Part shown: piece by piece, positions 18,826-28,508 of the stretch
Numbering within the stretch: position 1 is the first letter of the stretch
Layout: each line of letters starts with the position of its first letter
Virus record (IMG/VR): IMGVR_UViG_3300030380_006483
Source: a virus
Length of the DNA: 64,000 bases
Strand: one strand, 5' to 3'
Notes under the pieces: model-generated
The model's input: the letters and a program-made list of their open reading frames with translations, nothing else
Database searches by the model: none
What the model was told of the DNA's origin: nothing
Translations under genes and position numbers: made by a program

Positions 18826-21072
18826 ATGGCTTCAACAATAAGTACATCAGGTATAGCGAGTGGTAGTGTCATTAAGGCCCAACATGCCTTAAGAATTATT
18901 AACTCTTTAAATGGAACGGCAAATAATGATATCTATGTAACTGGTTCTGTAGGAATTACAGGTAGTTTATCAATAAAAAGTGGTAGTTTAGCGGAAACTG
19001 GTTCCGGTTTTGATTTTTTATTAGCATATGATACAGGTAGTGGAGATGTAAAATTTACAAGAAGAAATTCAACTTCTGGTACATCAGGTACTTCAGGTAG
19101 TTCAGGTTCAAGTGGTACAAGTGGTTCATCTGGTTCAAGTGGAACAAGTGGTACAAATGGTTCATCTGGTTCCTCCGGTTCAAGTGGAACAAGTGGTACC
19201 AATGGTACTAATGGTTCATCAGGTACATCTGGTTCATCCGGTAGTTCAGGAACAAGTGGAGAAAAAGGAGGAGTAGAATATAACTTTGATAACAATACTA
19301 GTGATGCAGATCCAGGAAATGGAGAAATAAAATATAATAATGCATCTATTGCTTCTGTAACTTTTATTTATATAGATAATTTAGATCAAAGAGGGGCAGA
19401 TCAAACTGCATGGTATGCTACTTGGGATGATTCAACAAATAGTGCTGACCGTGGACAAATAATTGTAACCAGTAGGGATACAGGAACAGTTGTAAATTCA
19501 TTTAAAATAACAGGTGCAGTAACAGCAGCTACTGGGTATTATAAAATACCTGTAGCTTATATAACGGGTACTATACCATCTAATGGTAATAAACTATCAG
19601 TCCAATTTTCAAGATCTGGTAATGCAGGTACTTCTGGTACAAGCGGTACTAATGGTTCATCAGGTACTTCAGGTGGATTAAATATATCTAATAATGTTAC
19701 AGGATCTTTACTATTAGCTAGTGGTTCAACTAGTGATCTTAATGGTGCCGCAGGGTTAAAATATACAGGTAGTATTTTCCAAATTACAGGATCAGAAACT
19801 AGAATTTCAAGTTCAGTTAGTATAACTGGAAGTAATGCTCCCGCATTAAGAGTTAGTGGCAGTACAACTTTAACAGGATCAGTTACTATTAGTGGTAGTG
19901 TTTCAGCTTCTAATGTTTATTCTATTGGTGATGCTTTTTTGGGAACTGGAACTGGTAATGATGAGGTAAAATTAGTTCATGCTGGAGATACTGATACTTA
20001 TTTACTATTTGATACAAACCATGTAAATTTAGTTGCAGGTGATAAGTCAGTCATTAAATATGATCAGACACTATCAGATAAAAAAATAATGATTAACAAC
20101 ACCAATGCTGACCTTGACACGCAAATAATGGCGGACAATGGTAATGTAATTATTCATGTTGATGCTGGAGATAATAGAGTAGGAATAAATAAAACAACCC
20201 CAAATAACGCTTTAGACGTAAAAGGAGGTACAAGTATAACAGGTTCAACTACAATTACAGGATCATTACACGTAAGTAGTAGTAATATTTTTATCCCCGC
20301 ATTTAGAGTTACTGGTAGTACAACATTAACAGGTAGTTTATTTGTTAGTGGTGGAATGAAAGTTTCTGGAAGTAACGTTCATAGTGGAAGTACAATACAA
20401 CAAGGTAGTATAAGACTAAAAGGTAGCGCCCATATTTCAGGATCCGAGGCTATATCGGGCTCATTATTAATAACAGGTAGTAATGCCCCAGCATTAAGAA
20501 TTAGTGGTAGTACAGCATTAACAGGTAGTTTACTACAAAGTGGTAGTACACAAATTACAGGTTCTACTCTCTTATCAGGTTCATTACTTTTAACAGGTAG
20601 TTCTACCTTAGCATTAAGGATAACTGGTAGTACAGCATTAACGGGAAGTTTATTACAAAGTGGTAGTACTGTAACTACAGGTAGTGTAGAAATTTCTGGT
20701 AGTTTAGGAGTAGGAACAGCTGCATCAGGTGTTATAGGTGCAATTTTAGCTGCAAACGATGTTGTAGCATTTGCTTCTTCAGATGAAAGATTAAAGGAAA
20801 ATATAACATTAATAGAAAATCCATTAGATAAAATTATTAAAATATCTGGATATGAATATGATTGGGTCCCAATGGAAGGAGTACATGTACATTCAGGACA
20901 CGATATAGGAGTAATAGCACAAGAAGTAGAAAAAGTATTTCCAGAAATTGTAGCAGACAGAGATAATGGATATAAAGCAGTAAAATATGAAAAATTAGTA
21001 TCCGTGTTAATAGAAGGTATAAAGGAATTAAAACAAGAAGTAGATTTACTTAAGAAAAAAATAAATGGCTAA
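18826..21072 (+). CDS. Fibre protein with collagen-like blocks, [ST]GS hexapeptide repeats and C-terminal S74 intramolecular chaperone
   Basis: GTS/GSS triplets at 19078-19260 and 19627-19677; TGSLLQSGST-type repeats; SDERLKENI...DIGVIAQEVEKV...VKYEKL. Confidence 0.85.
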   Translation: MASTISTSGIASGSVIKAQHALRIINSLNGTANNDIYVTGSVGITGSLSIKSGSLAETGSGFDFLLAYDTGSGDVKFTRRNSTSGTSGTSGSSGSSGTSGSSGSSGTSGTNGSSGSSGSSGTSGTNGTNGSSGTSGSSGSSGTSGEKGGVEYNFDNNTSDADPGNGEIKYNNASIASVTFIYIDNLDQRGADQTAWYATWDDSTNSADRGQIIVTSRDTGTVVNSFKITGAVTAATGYYKIPVAYITGTIPSNGNKLSVQFSRSGNAGTSGTSGTNGSSGTSGGLNISNNVTGSLLLASGSTSDLNGAAGLKYTGSIFQITGSETRISSSVSITGSNAPALRVSGSTTLTGSVTISGSVSASNVYSIGDAFLGTGTGNDEVKLVHAGDTDTYLLFDTNHVNLVAGDKSVIKYDQTLSDKKIMINNTNADLDTQIMADNGNVIIHVDAGDNRVGINKTTPNNALDVKGGTSITGSTTITGSLHVSSSNIFIPAFRVTGSTTLTGSLFVSGGMKVSGSNVHSGSTIQQGSIRLKGSAHISGSEAISGSLLITGSNAPALRISGSTALTGSLLQSGSTQITGSTLLSGSLLLTGSSTLALRITGSTALTGSLLQSGSTVTTGSVEISGSLGVGTAASGVIGAILAANDVVAFASSDERLKENITLIENPLDKIIKISGYEYDWVPMEGVHVHSGHDIGVIAQEVEKVFPEIVADRDNGYKAVKYEKLVSVLIEGIKELKQEVDLLKKKING

Positions 21073-21442
21073 AAATGTAAGAATCGTTCCTGCATCAGGG
21101 TCAATATTCTTCACTGGTGATGGATTTGATGTTACTGGTTCTATTAAATTACAAACTGTAGGTAGTACTGAAAATGTACAATTTATAGATGGTACTTCAA
21201 ATGAATCAATAATTTTAATTCATAAAGCATCTAGGAGAGTTGGAATAGGTTTAGTATCCGCTTCTGCTAAATTAGAAGTATCTTCCTCTAATACTGAAGA
21301 TGCTTTAAAAGTTGGAACCCCAGATGGTGATTTAAAAGTAAATAATAAAGGAATTTTACAATTATCGGAATACCAAGGAAATGCTACCGCTGTTGAGGGT
21401 GGTATTTTATATAGTGGAAGTAATCTATTCATCGGAGATTAA
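21065..21442 (+). CDS. Small fibre-associated protein
   Basis: 125 aa ORF with RRVGIG and SAKLEV beta-repeat seen in fibres; overlaps the previous stop. Confidence 0.5.
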   Translation: MAKNVRIVPASGSIFFTGDGFDVTGSIKLQTVGSTENVQFIDGTSNESIILIHKASRRVGIGLVSASAKLEVSSSNTEDALKVGTPDGDLKVNNKGILQLSEYQGNATAVEGGILYSGSNLFIGD

Positions 21443-21471
21443 TATTTATTATAGAATAAAAAATCACATAA

Positions 21472-22434
21472 ATGCCAAGTTGGAAAAAAGTCATAGTCTC
21501 CGGATCCCATGCAGAACTAAGTTCAGTTACAGGTTCATTTACAGGTTCATTTAAAGGAGTAGTTGTAGGTACTATTGCCTCTTCTTCTACTGCATTATTA
21601 GCTGGAACAGCTTCTGTTGCTACTAGAGCAAATTCTTTAGCTCCAACTGCAACTGCTTCATTCGCAGACAGTGCTACAACAGCTTCTCATGCATTAAATG
21701 TACCTAATACTGCATCACATGCACTAACTACAGTATCAGCTTCAATAGCCGATGAAGCTTCAACATTAAGTTCAACTGCAACGGCTTCATTTGCTGATAT
21801 ATCCACATTAGCTAGAGCAGGTTCAGGATCATTTAGTGGTTCATTTCAAGGTGATGGTTCAAATTTATCAGGAATTGCTACTACTTTAACTGTAGATGGT
21901 GATTCAGGAGCACAAGATGTAGATTTACAAACTGATGATTTACAAATATTAGGTACTGCAAATGAAATAGTAACTGCCGTTACAAAAGCTGGTAACGACG
22001 TAAGAGCAACTATTAGTTTACCTGATGATGTTACTATTGGACAAGATTTAACAGTTACTAGAGATGCTACTATTACTAGGAATTTAACTGTTCAAGGTAC
22101 AGCTTCTTTTCAACATACAACTGATTTAGATGTTGCAGATAGATTCATTAGATTAGCATCAGGATCAAATGCTGCAGGGGATGGTGGTATAGCTGTTATT
22201 CAATCTGGATCCAAAAACTCCGAAGCATTAGCTTATGATTCAGCCGTAACTAGATGGGGTTTTACTGGTTCTTTTGATCCATCTCAAAATACTATAGTTC
22301 CAGAAGCATTTGTTGCAGCGGTAATAGAAGGTGGGAGTGGAGATAATGATCCTACTGATACAATTGCTAAATATGCTAAAAAAGGAAATATATTTGTAGC
22401 AGATAACGGAGAAATATATGTTTATTCTTCATAA
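21472..22434 (+). CDS. Fibre-like structural protein (MPSWKK family 1)
   Basis: N-terminus MPSWKKVIVSGS is paralogous to 22773; contains the TASVATRANSLAPTATAS repeat. Confidence 0.65.
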   Translation: MPSWKKVIVSGSHAELSSVTGSFTGSFKGVVVGTIASSSTALLAGTASVATRANSLAPTATASFADSATTASHALNVPNTASHALTTVSASIADEASTLSSTATASFADISTLARAGSGSFSGSFQGDGSNLSGIATTLTVDGDSGAQDVDLQTDDLQILGTANEIVTAVTKAGNDVRATISLPDDVTIGQDLTVTRDATITRNLTVQGTASFQHTTDLDVADRFIRLASGSNAAGDGGIAVIQSGSKNSEALAYDSAVTRWGFTGSFDPSQNTIVPEAFVAAVIEGGSGDNDPTDTIAKYAKKGNIFVADNGEIYVYSS

Positions 22435-22449
22435 TAAATTTTAATAGTT

Positions 22450-22668
22450 TTGGGTTTTATTGCAAGCAAAATAGAAGTAAAAGAGGGAAAAAGTAAGGTA
22501 ATTGATAATGCAGAATTACCTCAAGATTTGCTTTTAGATAAGGCAGAATTACAAGTTCTTTTAAAAATGATTAAAAATTCTTCATTTGAAGGAAAAGATA
22601 TTGAACTGGTTTTTAAAATGACCTGGAAATTACAAGAAGCTTATTTATCTCTACAAGAGAATGAATAA
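22450..22668 (+). CDS. Small hypothetical protein (TTG start)
   Basis: 72 aa ORF filling the gap between fibre genes. Confidence 0.5.
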   Translation: MGFIASKIEVKEGKSKVIDNAELPQDLLLDKAELQVLLKMIKNSSFEGKDIELVFKMTWKLQEAYLSLQENE

Positions 22669-22713
22669 ATATATTTTACTTCTCCTCCATAAATTTAAAA
22701 TATTTATACTTGA

Positions 22714-22766
22714 TATTATCGGCCCTTAAGGGAAGTGGGCAGGCAATCCTGTAACCAACCATAATA
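22714..22766 (+). ncRNA. Candidate structured 5' UTR RNA (three-way junction)
   Basis: GC-rich island: UAUUAU(C)GG/CCAUAAUA outer stem, CCC-UUAA-GGG hairpin, and GG/CC plus GCAGG/CCUGU hairpin with an AA bulge. Lies between ATATTTAT (22700) and the ATG (22773). Confidence 0.5.
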
Positions 22767-22772
22767 AATTAT

Positions 22773-23399
22773 ATGCCTAGTTGGAAAAAACTTATTACTA
22801 GTGGCTCTAATGCTACTCTATCCTCACTATCAGTTGATAACCAAATAACGGGTTCATCTTATACAGGTTCTTTTACTGGTTCTTATCAAGGTGATGGTTC
22901 GGATTTAACAGGTATAAATCCTTTCCCATTTACTGGATCCGCTTCAGTCCTAGGAGATTTAAGATTAGACTCTCCATCAAATGATTACGTAGATGATGCT
23001 TATGTAAATGATTATTTAGTTGGTGGAACTGCTTTAATAGTTGAGGATAATGCTATATTTAGTGGTTCTGTAACTGTATTAAATTTATCAGGTTCAGTTT
23101 CAGGTTCATTCCAAGGACAAGTAAATACAGAATTATTAAGAATTAGTTCTCCAAATGATTATGTTGCTGATTATGTTGAAGATTATATAGCGGGTATAGC
23201 ATTAATTACAACAGGGTCAGCTATCATAGAAGGTGGGGCAGATATAATAGGACCTTTAAATCATTCACAAGGAGCAGTTGTATTAACTAGAGTATCTGAA
23301 AGTCTTAACTTTACAAATGATACAGATGCAGCTACTGGTGGAGTTCCTTTAGGAGGATTATACAGAAATGGAAACGATATTAAAATTAGAATAACTTAA
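22773..23399 (+). CDS. Fibre-like structural protein (MPSWKK family 2)
   Basis: MPSWKKLITSGS N-terminus; duplicated LRxxSPxNDYV..DY segment; C-terminal GGVPLGGLYRNG. Confidence 0.6.
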   Translation: MPSWKKLITSGSNATLSSLSVDNQITGSSYTGSFTGSYQGDGSDLTGINPFPFTGSASVLGDLRLDSPSNDYVDDAYVNDYLVGGTALIVEDNAIFSGSVTVLNLSGSVSGSFQGQVNTELLRISSPNDYVADYVEDYIAGIALITTGSAIIEGGADIIGPLNHSQGAVVLTRVSESLNFTNDTDAATGGVPLGGLYRNGNDIKIRIT

Positions 23400-23427
23400 C
23401 AATATTTATAACATATATTAATTAACT

Positions 23428-25746
23428 ATGGCAATTACTTTAAGAACAGGTTTAGGTAGAAAGCTTACCATCGCAGAGATGGATGAAAACTTTACTTTTT
23501 TAAGTAGCTCCTATGTAGTAAACAGTGTGACGGCTTCAATGACGGCTGGTTCAGCTTCAGTTGCTACAAGAGCTAATGGTTTAGCTCCAACGGTAACAGC
23601 TTCATTTGCTGATACAACTACATCGGCTTCTATATCTACCACTGCTCAAACATCATCCGTTGCTACAAGAGCTAATACTTTAGCTCCAACTGCAACAGCT
23701 ACATCTGCATCAACAGCAGTATTAGCCCAAACTGCTTCCGTTGCTACTAGGGCAAATGGTTTAGCTCCTACAGTTACAGCAACATCAGCCTCTACTGCTA
23801 TTGCAGCTCAAACAGCCTCAGTGGCTACAAGAGCAAATGGCTTAGCACCAACAGTTACAGCAACTTCTGCTTCAACTGCTATTGCAGCTCAAACAGCCTC
23901 AGTCGCTACAAGAGCAAATGCTTTAGCCCCTACAGTAACTGCCACTTCAGCTTCCGTAGCTGCAAGAGCAACTACTTTAAGTGCACAAGCTACAGCTTCA
24001 TTTGCAGACGTAGCAGGCACGGTACATGATGGTAACATAACTGCTACAAAAATTGCAGCAGATGCCGTTATTACAACTAAAATATTAAATAGTAATGTAA
24101 CAAATGCTAAATTAGCAAATGATAGTGTTACTATAGGTTCAACAGAAGTAGATTTAGGAGCTACAGCAGCTTCATTAACAGGGTTGACAAGCATTTCTGC
24201 TCAAACTGGTAGTTTTGTATTACAAGTATTTGAATCCGCTTCTACTATAATAACATCTGGATCAAACATTCTTGGTGATAAAGCAACTGATATTCAACAA
24301 ATTACAGGTAGTTTACTACAAACAGGTAGTATGACTGTTATAGGTAATATATCAGCTAGTGTAGGAGGATTTAGTGGTTCATTCCAAGGAGATGGTACAT
24401 TATTAACAGGTGTAATAGCTTCAGGTTCGATTCAATCAGCCTCTGTTGCTGCAAGAGCAACTACTTTAAGCCCAGCGGCTACGGCTGCATCATCATCAAC
24501 GGCAATATTAGCCCAAACAGCTTCTGTTGCTACAAGAGCAAATGCTTTAGCCCCTACAGTAACTGCCACTTCAGCCTCTGTTGCTGCAAGAGCAACTACT
24601 TTAAGTGCTGCGGCAACAGCAAGTTTTGCAGATAAAGCAAACGTCGCTGTAACATCAAATGTAATTCCTGTAACAGTAGTTAATGATGGAGGAAACAAAT
24701 ATGCATTTAATGGAGTAACTGCTCCAAAAATATCACTTAATAGAGGAGAATTATACAGATTTGATCTATCAGATTCAAGTAATAATGGTCACCCACTTAG
24801 ATTTAGATTACTTAATGATACCTCATACACACCAGGAGTAAATGCAGTAGGTACACCAGGTCAAGCAGGTGCATATGTGGATTTTGATGTTAATTTTTCA
24901 ACATCAGCATCTTTAAAATATTACTGTACATCCCATGGAAATGGAATGGGTAATACAGCTCAAGTACCAGATTTTCTTAATAATAGTGGTTCATTTAGTG
25001 GTTCTTATCAAGGTGATGGTTCTAATATAACTGCAGTATCAGCAATTTCATCATCTACAGCAGTATTAGCTCAAACAGCCTCTGTTGCTACTAGAGCTAA
25101 TGGTTTAGCACCAACAGTTACAGCATCATTTGCAGATTTAGCAAGTAATGTACGTAACCTTTCCATTTCAGGATCTGGAGCTATATCAGGTTCATTATTA
25201 GTAACAGGAAGTTCTGCTCTAGCAATAAGAGTTAGTGGTAGTACAGCTTTAACAGGTAGTATTTTCCAAACAGGATCATTTAACGTCTCGGGTAGTAGTA
25301 TGTTATCTGGATCTGTAAGTATTACTGGTAGCACAAATATAATTGGTGCCGTAAGTTCAAGTGATACAGGTAGGTTTAAGAGTTTAGGTATTAATGTTGC
25401 CCCTTCAGGTGTAGCCGGAGCTATATTAGCTACTAATGATGTTGTTGCATTTGCCTCTTCAGATGAAAGATTAAAGGAAAATCTAGAACCAATTGGAAGT
25501 GCAGTTGAAAAAGTAGAACAAATAACAGGATATACTTATAATTGGATTCCTATGGAAGATATTCACGTATATGGTGATATGAAAGATATAGGTGTAATAG
25601 CACAAGAAGTAGAAAAAGTATTACCTGAAATAGTATCAGATAGAGAAAATGGATATAAAGCAATTAAATATGATAAATTGACAGCTGTATTAATCCAAGC
25701 AGTAAAAGAATTATCTGATAGAGTTAAAACTTTAGAAAATAAATAA
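23428..25746 (+). CDS. Fibre protein with TASVATRANxLAPT repeats, cupredoxin-like insert and C-terminal S74 chaperone
   Basis: About 8 copies of the Ala/Thr/Ser repeat; GHPLRF...YYCTSHGNGM; SDERLKENL...DIGVIAQEVEKVLPE. Confidence 0.85.
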   Translation: MAITLRTGLGRKLTIAEMDENFTFLSSSYVVNSVTASMTAGSASVATRANGLAPTVTASFADTTTSASISTTAQTSSVATRANTLAPTATATSASTAVLAQTASVATRANGLAPTVTATSASTAIAAQTASVATRANGLAPTVTATSASTAIAAQTASVATRANALAPTVTATSASVAARATTLSAQATASFADVAGTVHDGNITATKIAADAVITTKILNSNVTNAKLANDSVTIGSTEVDLGATAASLTGLTSISAQTGSFVLQVFESASTIITSGSNILGDKATDIQQITGSLLQTGSMTVIGNISASVGGFSGSFQGDGTLLTGVIASGSIQSASVAARATTLSPAATAASSSTAILAQTASVATRANALAPTVTATSASVAARATTLSAAATASFADKANVAVTSNVIPVTVVNDGGNKYAFNGVTAPKISLNRGELYRFDLSDSSNNGHPLRFRLLNDTSYTPGVNAVGTPGQAGAYVDFDVNFSTSASLKYYCTSHGNGMGNTAQVPDFLNNSGSFSGSYQGDGSNITAVSAISSSTAVLAQTASVATRANGLAPTVTASFADLASNVRNLSISGSGAISGSLLVTGSSALAIRVSGSTALTGSIFQTGSFNVSGSSMLSGSVSITGSTNIIGAVSSSDTGRFKSLGINVAPSGVAGAILATNDVVAFASSDERLKENLEPIGSAVEKVEQITGYTYNWIPMEDIHVYGDMKDIGVIAQEVEKVLPEIVSDRENGYKAIKYDKLTAVLIQAVKELSDRVKTLENK

Positions 25747-25774
25747 TATAGTTATTTAATTTTAGTTAAAAAAG

Positions 25775-25796
25775 GAGAACATTTGTTCTCTTTTTT
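25775..25796 (+). terminator. Rho-independent terminator after fibre cluster
   Basis: GAGAAC-attt-GTTCTC followed by T6. Confidence 0.65.
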
Positions 25797-25840
25797 GTTT
25801 TCATATACAAATTAAATATTTATATATAAATAAAAACGTT

Positions 25841-26095
25841 ATGGCAATTAAAGAAACAAAGGTAACAAACGAGGAGTTAAAGGAATTAGAAGATTTCCAA
25901 CAAAACATTAATGTTATAACCTATCAATTAGGACAATTAACATTAAAAAAATTAAATATTAATGAAGAAGAAGAAGTTTTAAAAACAAGATATAAACAAC
26001 TTCTTTTAGAAGAAAAAGAAATAGGAGATAAATTAAAAGAAAAATATGGTGATGCATCAATTGATTTAAAAACAGGTGCAATAACCAATAATTGA
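25841..26095 (+). CDS. Small coiled-coil hypothetical protein
   Basis: 84 aa heptad-like ORF upstream of the sheath gene. Confidence 0.6.
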   Translation: MAIKETKVTNEELKELEDFQQNINVITYQLGQLTLKKLNINEEEEVLKTRYKQLLLEEKEIGDKLKEKYGDASIDLKTGAITNN

Positions 26096-26150
26096 TAATA
26101 TTTTTAAAACTCTCTTATATATTTATTATTGATAAAAATAAATTATTACA

Positions 26151-27887
26151 ATGGCTGAAACATTATTATCCCCAGGAGTTTTAACACGTGAAAACGATCA
26201 ATCACTTGTTACACAAGGACCCGTAGTAGCAGGACTAGCAATTTTAGGTCCTACAGTAAAAGGTCCAGTAAATGTCCCAACAGTAGTTACTTCATATAGT
26301 GATTATAAAAATAAATTTGGTGGATCATTTACAAGTGCAAGTATAAAATTTGAATATTTAACTAACATTTCAATTAATAACTACTTCCAACAAGGAGGAC
26401 AAACTGCAGTTGTTACTAGAATTGTATCGGCTTCATATGCGCCCTCAAGTGCAGAAGTAAGAGCAATTATGCATGCTGATTCTGCATCATTTACATTAGA
26501 AACCTTATCAGAAGGTGCTATAATGAATAACTCAGGTAGTGTATCTACAAGTGGTTCATTAGTAAGTGGTTCATCAGAGAATTTAAGATATGAAATTGCA
26601 AATGTTGATTCAGGGAGTGGTACATTTAACTTATTAATTAGAAGAGGGGATGATACTACAAGTAGAAAAACAATATTAGAATCTTTTACAGATTTATCAT
26701 TAGATCCTAATTCACCAAATTATATAGAACAAGTAATTGGTAACCAAAGACAAAATTTTGATACTGATGCTGATGGAAATAGATTTATACAAACTACAGG
26801 ATCTTACACTAATAACAGCCGTTTCGTAAGAGTATCTTCAGTAGGTCAACCGACATTAGACTATTTGGATAGTGATGGTAACTTTAAAGCAGCACTTACT
26901 TCATCATTACCTCAAATAGGTAGTGGTTCAAATCAAGGAGCATTTACAGGAGGAGCAGGTAGCGTATTTGGAAGAGGTGCTAATGGAAATACAAGATTAA
27001 AAATGTATGATGAAATAGACGTTTCTTCTATTCAAGGATTAGAAGCAGCTTACTATACAGCATCATTAAACTTATTACAAAATACAGATGAGTATGATTT
27101 TGAAATACTAACTATACCAGGTGTAACAATTCAAAATGGAAACGTTGCTGTAAATTCGGCAATTGATTGTGTTACACAAAGAGGTGATGCTATAGCAATA
27201 GTTGATACTAGAGATTATGGTGCAACATTAAACCAAGCAATAACTTCAGCAACAACAATTGATTCAAGCTTTGGTGCTACTTATTGGCCTCATGTTCAAG
27301 TGAAAGGAGTAGAAACTGGTAAAAACGTTTTTGTACCAGCTTCAACAGTAATGCCAGGAGTATATGCTACTAATGATAGATTAGGTGCTGAATGGTTTGC
27401 TCCAGCAGGATTTAATAGAGGTGGTGTAGGTGGTGTAATTACCACTGAAAGAAAATTATCTCCAGCGGATAGAGATAAATTATACTTAGCAAAAGTTAAT
27501 CCAATAGCTCAATTCCCAGGAAATGGAACAGTAGTATTTGGTCAGAAAACATTACAAAATGCAGCTACTGCTTTAGATAGAGTAAATGTTAGAAGACTAT
27601 TAATAGAACTAAAAAGAGTAATTGGTGATATAGGAAATGGATTATTATTTGAGCAAAATACTGCTGCAACTAGAAATAGATTCCTAAACCAAGTAAACCC
27701 ATTTTTAGAAGGAATACAACAAAGACAAGGATTATTTGCTTATAGAGTAGTAATGGATGATACAAATAATACAGCTGATGTAATTGATAGAAATCAAATG
27801 GTAGGACAAATATTTATCCAACCAACTAAAACAGCTGAATTTATAATACTAGACTTTAATGTAACACCAACGGGAGTTGAATTCTAA
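26151..27887 (+). CDS. gp18: Tail sheath protein (gp18-like), contractile tail
   Basis: LSPGVLTRENDQS, WFAPAGFNRG and VFGQKTLQ...ALDRVNVRRLL motifs. Confidence 0.95.
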   Translation: MAETLLSPGVLTRENDQSLVTQGPVVAGLAILGPTVKGPVNVPTVVTSYSDYKNKFGGSFTSASIKFEYLTNISINNYFQQGGQTAVVTRIVSASYAPSSAEVRAIMHADSASFTLETLSEGAIMNNSGSVSTSGSLVSGSSENLRYEIANVDSGSGTFNLLIRRGDDTTSRKTILESFTDLSLDPNSPNYIEQVIGNQRQNFDTDADGNRFIQTTGSYTNNSRFVRVSSVGQPTLDYLDSDGNFKAALTSSLPQIGSGSNQGAFTGGAGSVFGRGANGNTRLKMYDEIDVSSIQGLEAAYYTASLNLLQNTDEYDFEILTIPGVTIQNGNVAVNSAIDCVTQRGDAIAIVDTRDYGATLNQAITSATTIDSSFGATYWPHVQVKGVETGKNVFVPASTVMPGVYATNDRLGAEWFAPAGFNRGGVGGVITTERKLSPADRDKLYLAKVNPIAQFPGNGTVVFGQKTLQNAATALDRVNVRRLLIELKRVIGDIGNGLLFEQNTAATRNRFLNQVNPFLEGIQQRQGLFAYRVVMDDTNNTADVIDRNQMVGQIFIQPTKTAEFIILDFNVTPTGVEF

Positions 27888-27925
27888 AAAATAAAAAAGG
27901 CAATATTTATAATAAACAATAGAAA

Positions 27926-28411
27926 ATGGCAGTATTAGACCCTAACGAAATAATGTATACCGCTTTTGAACCAAAAGTTCAAAATAGATTTATACTATAT
28001 GTAGACGGTATCCCAGCATATTTAATTAAAAATGTAACTGCACCTGGATTTGAAGCAGGTGAAATCATTCTTGACCACATGAATGTGTATAGAAAAGTGA
28101 AAGGAAAAGTTAGATGGAATGATATGACTTTAGGTCTATATGATCCTGTAACTCCATCAGGAGCTCAAGCTATAATGGAATGGGCTAGATTAGCACATGA
28201 AAGTGTAACTGGTAGAGATGGATATTCTGATTTCTATAAGAAAAATTTAACATTAGATATATTAGGTCCAGTAGGAGATGTAGTAAGCGAATGGGTTATC
28301 AAAGGAGCTTACTGTAAAACTGCTACATTTGGTGAATATGATTGGTCAGCTGACGCAGCAATCAATTTAGATATCACTATTGCAATGGATTATTGTATAT
28401 TAAACTTTTAA
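27926..28411 (+). CDS. gp19: Tail tube protein (gp19-like)
   Basis: Follows the sheath gene; FEPKVQNRF, KGKVRWNDMTL and EWVIKGAY motifs. Confidence 0.9.
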   Translation: MAVLDPNEIMYTAFEPKVQNRFILYVDGIPAYLIKNVTAPGFEAGEIILDHMNVYRKVKGKVRWNDMTLGLYDPVTPSGAQAIMEWARLAHESVTGRDGYSDFYKKNLTLDILGPVGDVVSEWVIKGAYCKTATFGEYDWSADAAINLDITIAMDYCILNF

Positions 28412-28436
28412 TTACCCAACCCTCCATACCTTTGAG

Positions 28437-28470
28437 AATGGTGCCTATTTTGGCACCATTTTTGTTTTTT
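28437..28470 (+). terminator. Rho-independent terminator after tail tube
   Basis: AATGGTGCC-tatttt-GGCACCATT followed by T-rich tract. Confidence 0.85.
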
Positions 28471-28508
28471 ATATATTTATATCCGTAAAAAAATAAGTTA
28501 TTAAAAGT

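Noticed and set aside
6750-25150. CRISPR array or diversity-generating retroelement suggested by the many repeats
   Set aside because: The repeats are in-frame coding with synonymous variation and no unique spacers. No reverse transcriptase or adenine-specific TR/VR mismatch pattern is visible.
12145-25746. Invertible tail-fibre shufflon
   Set aside because: All cassettes are in direct orientation, and no inverted crossover sites or site-specific recombinase are in the window.
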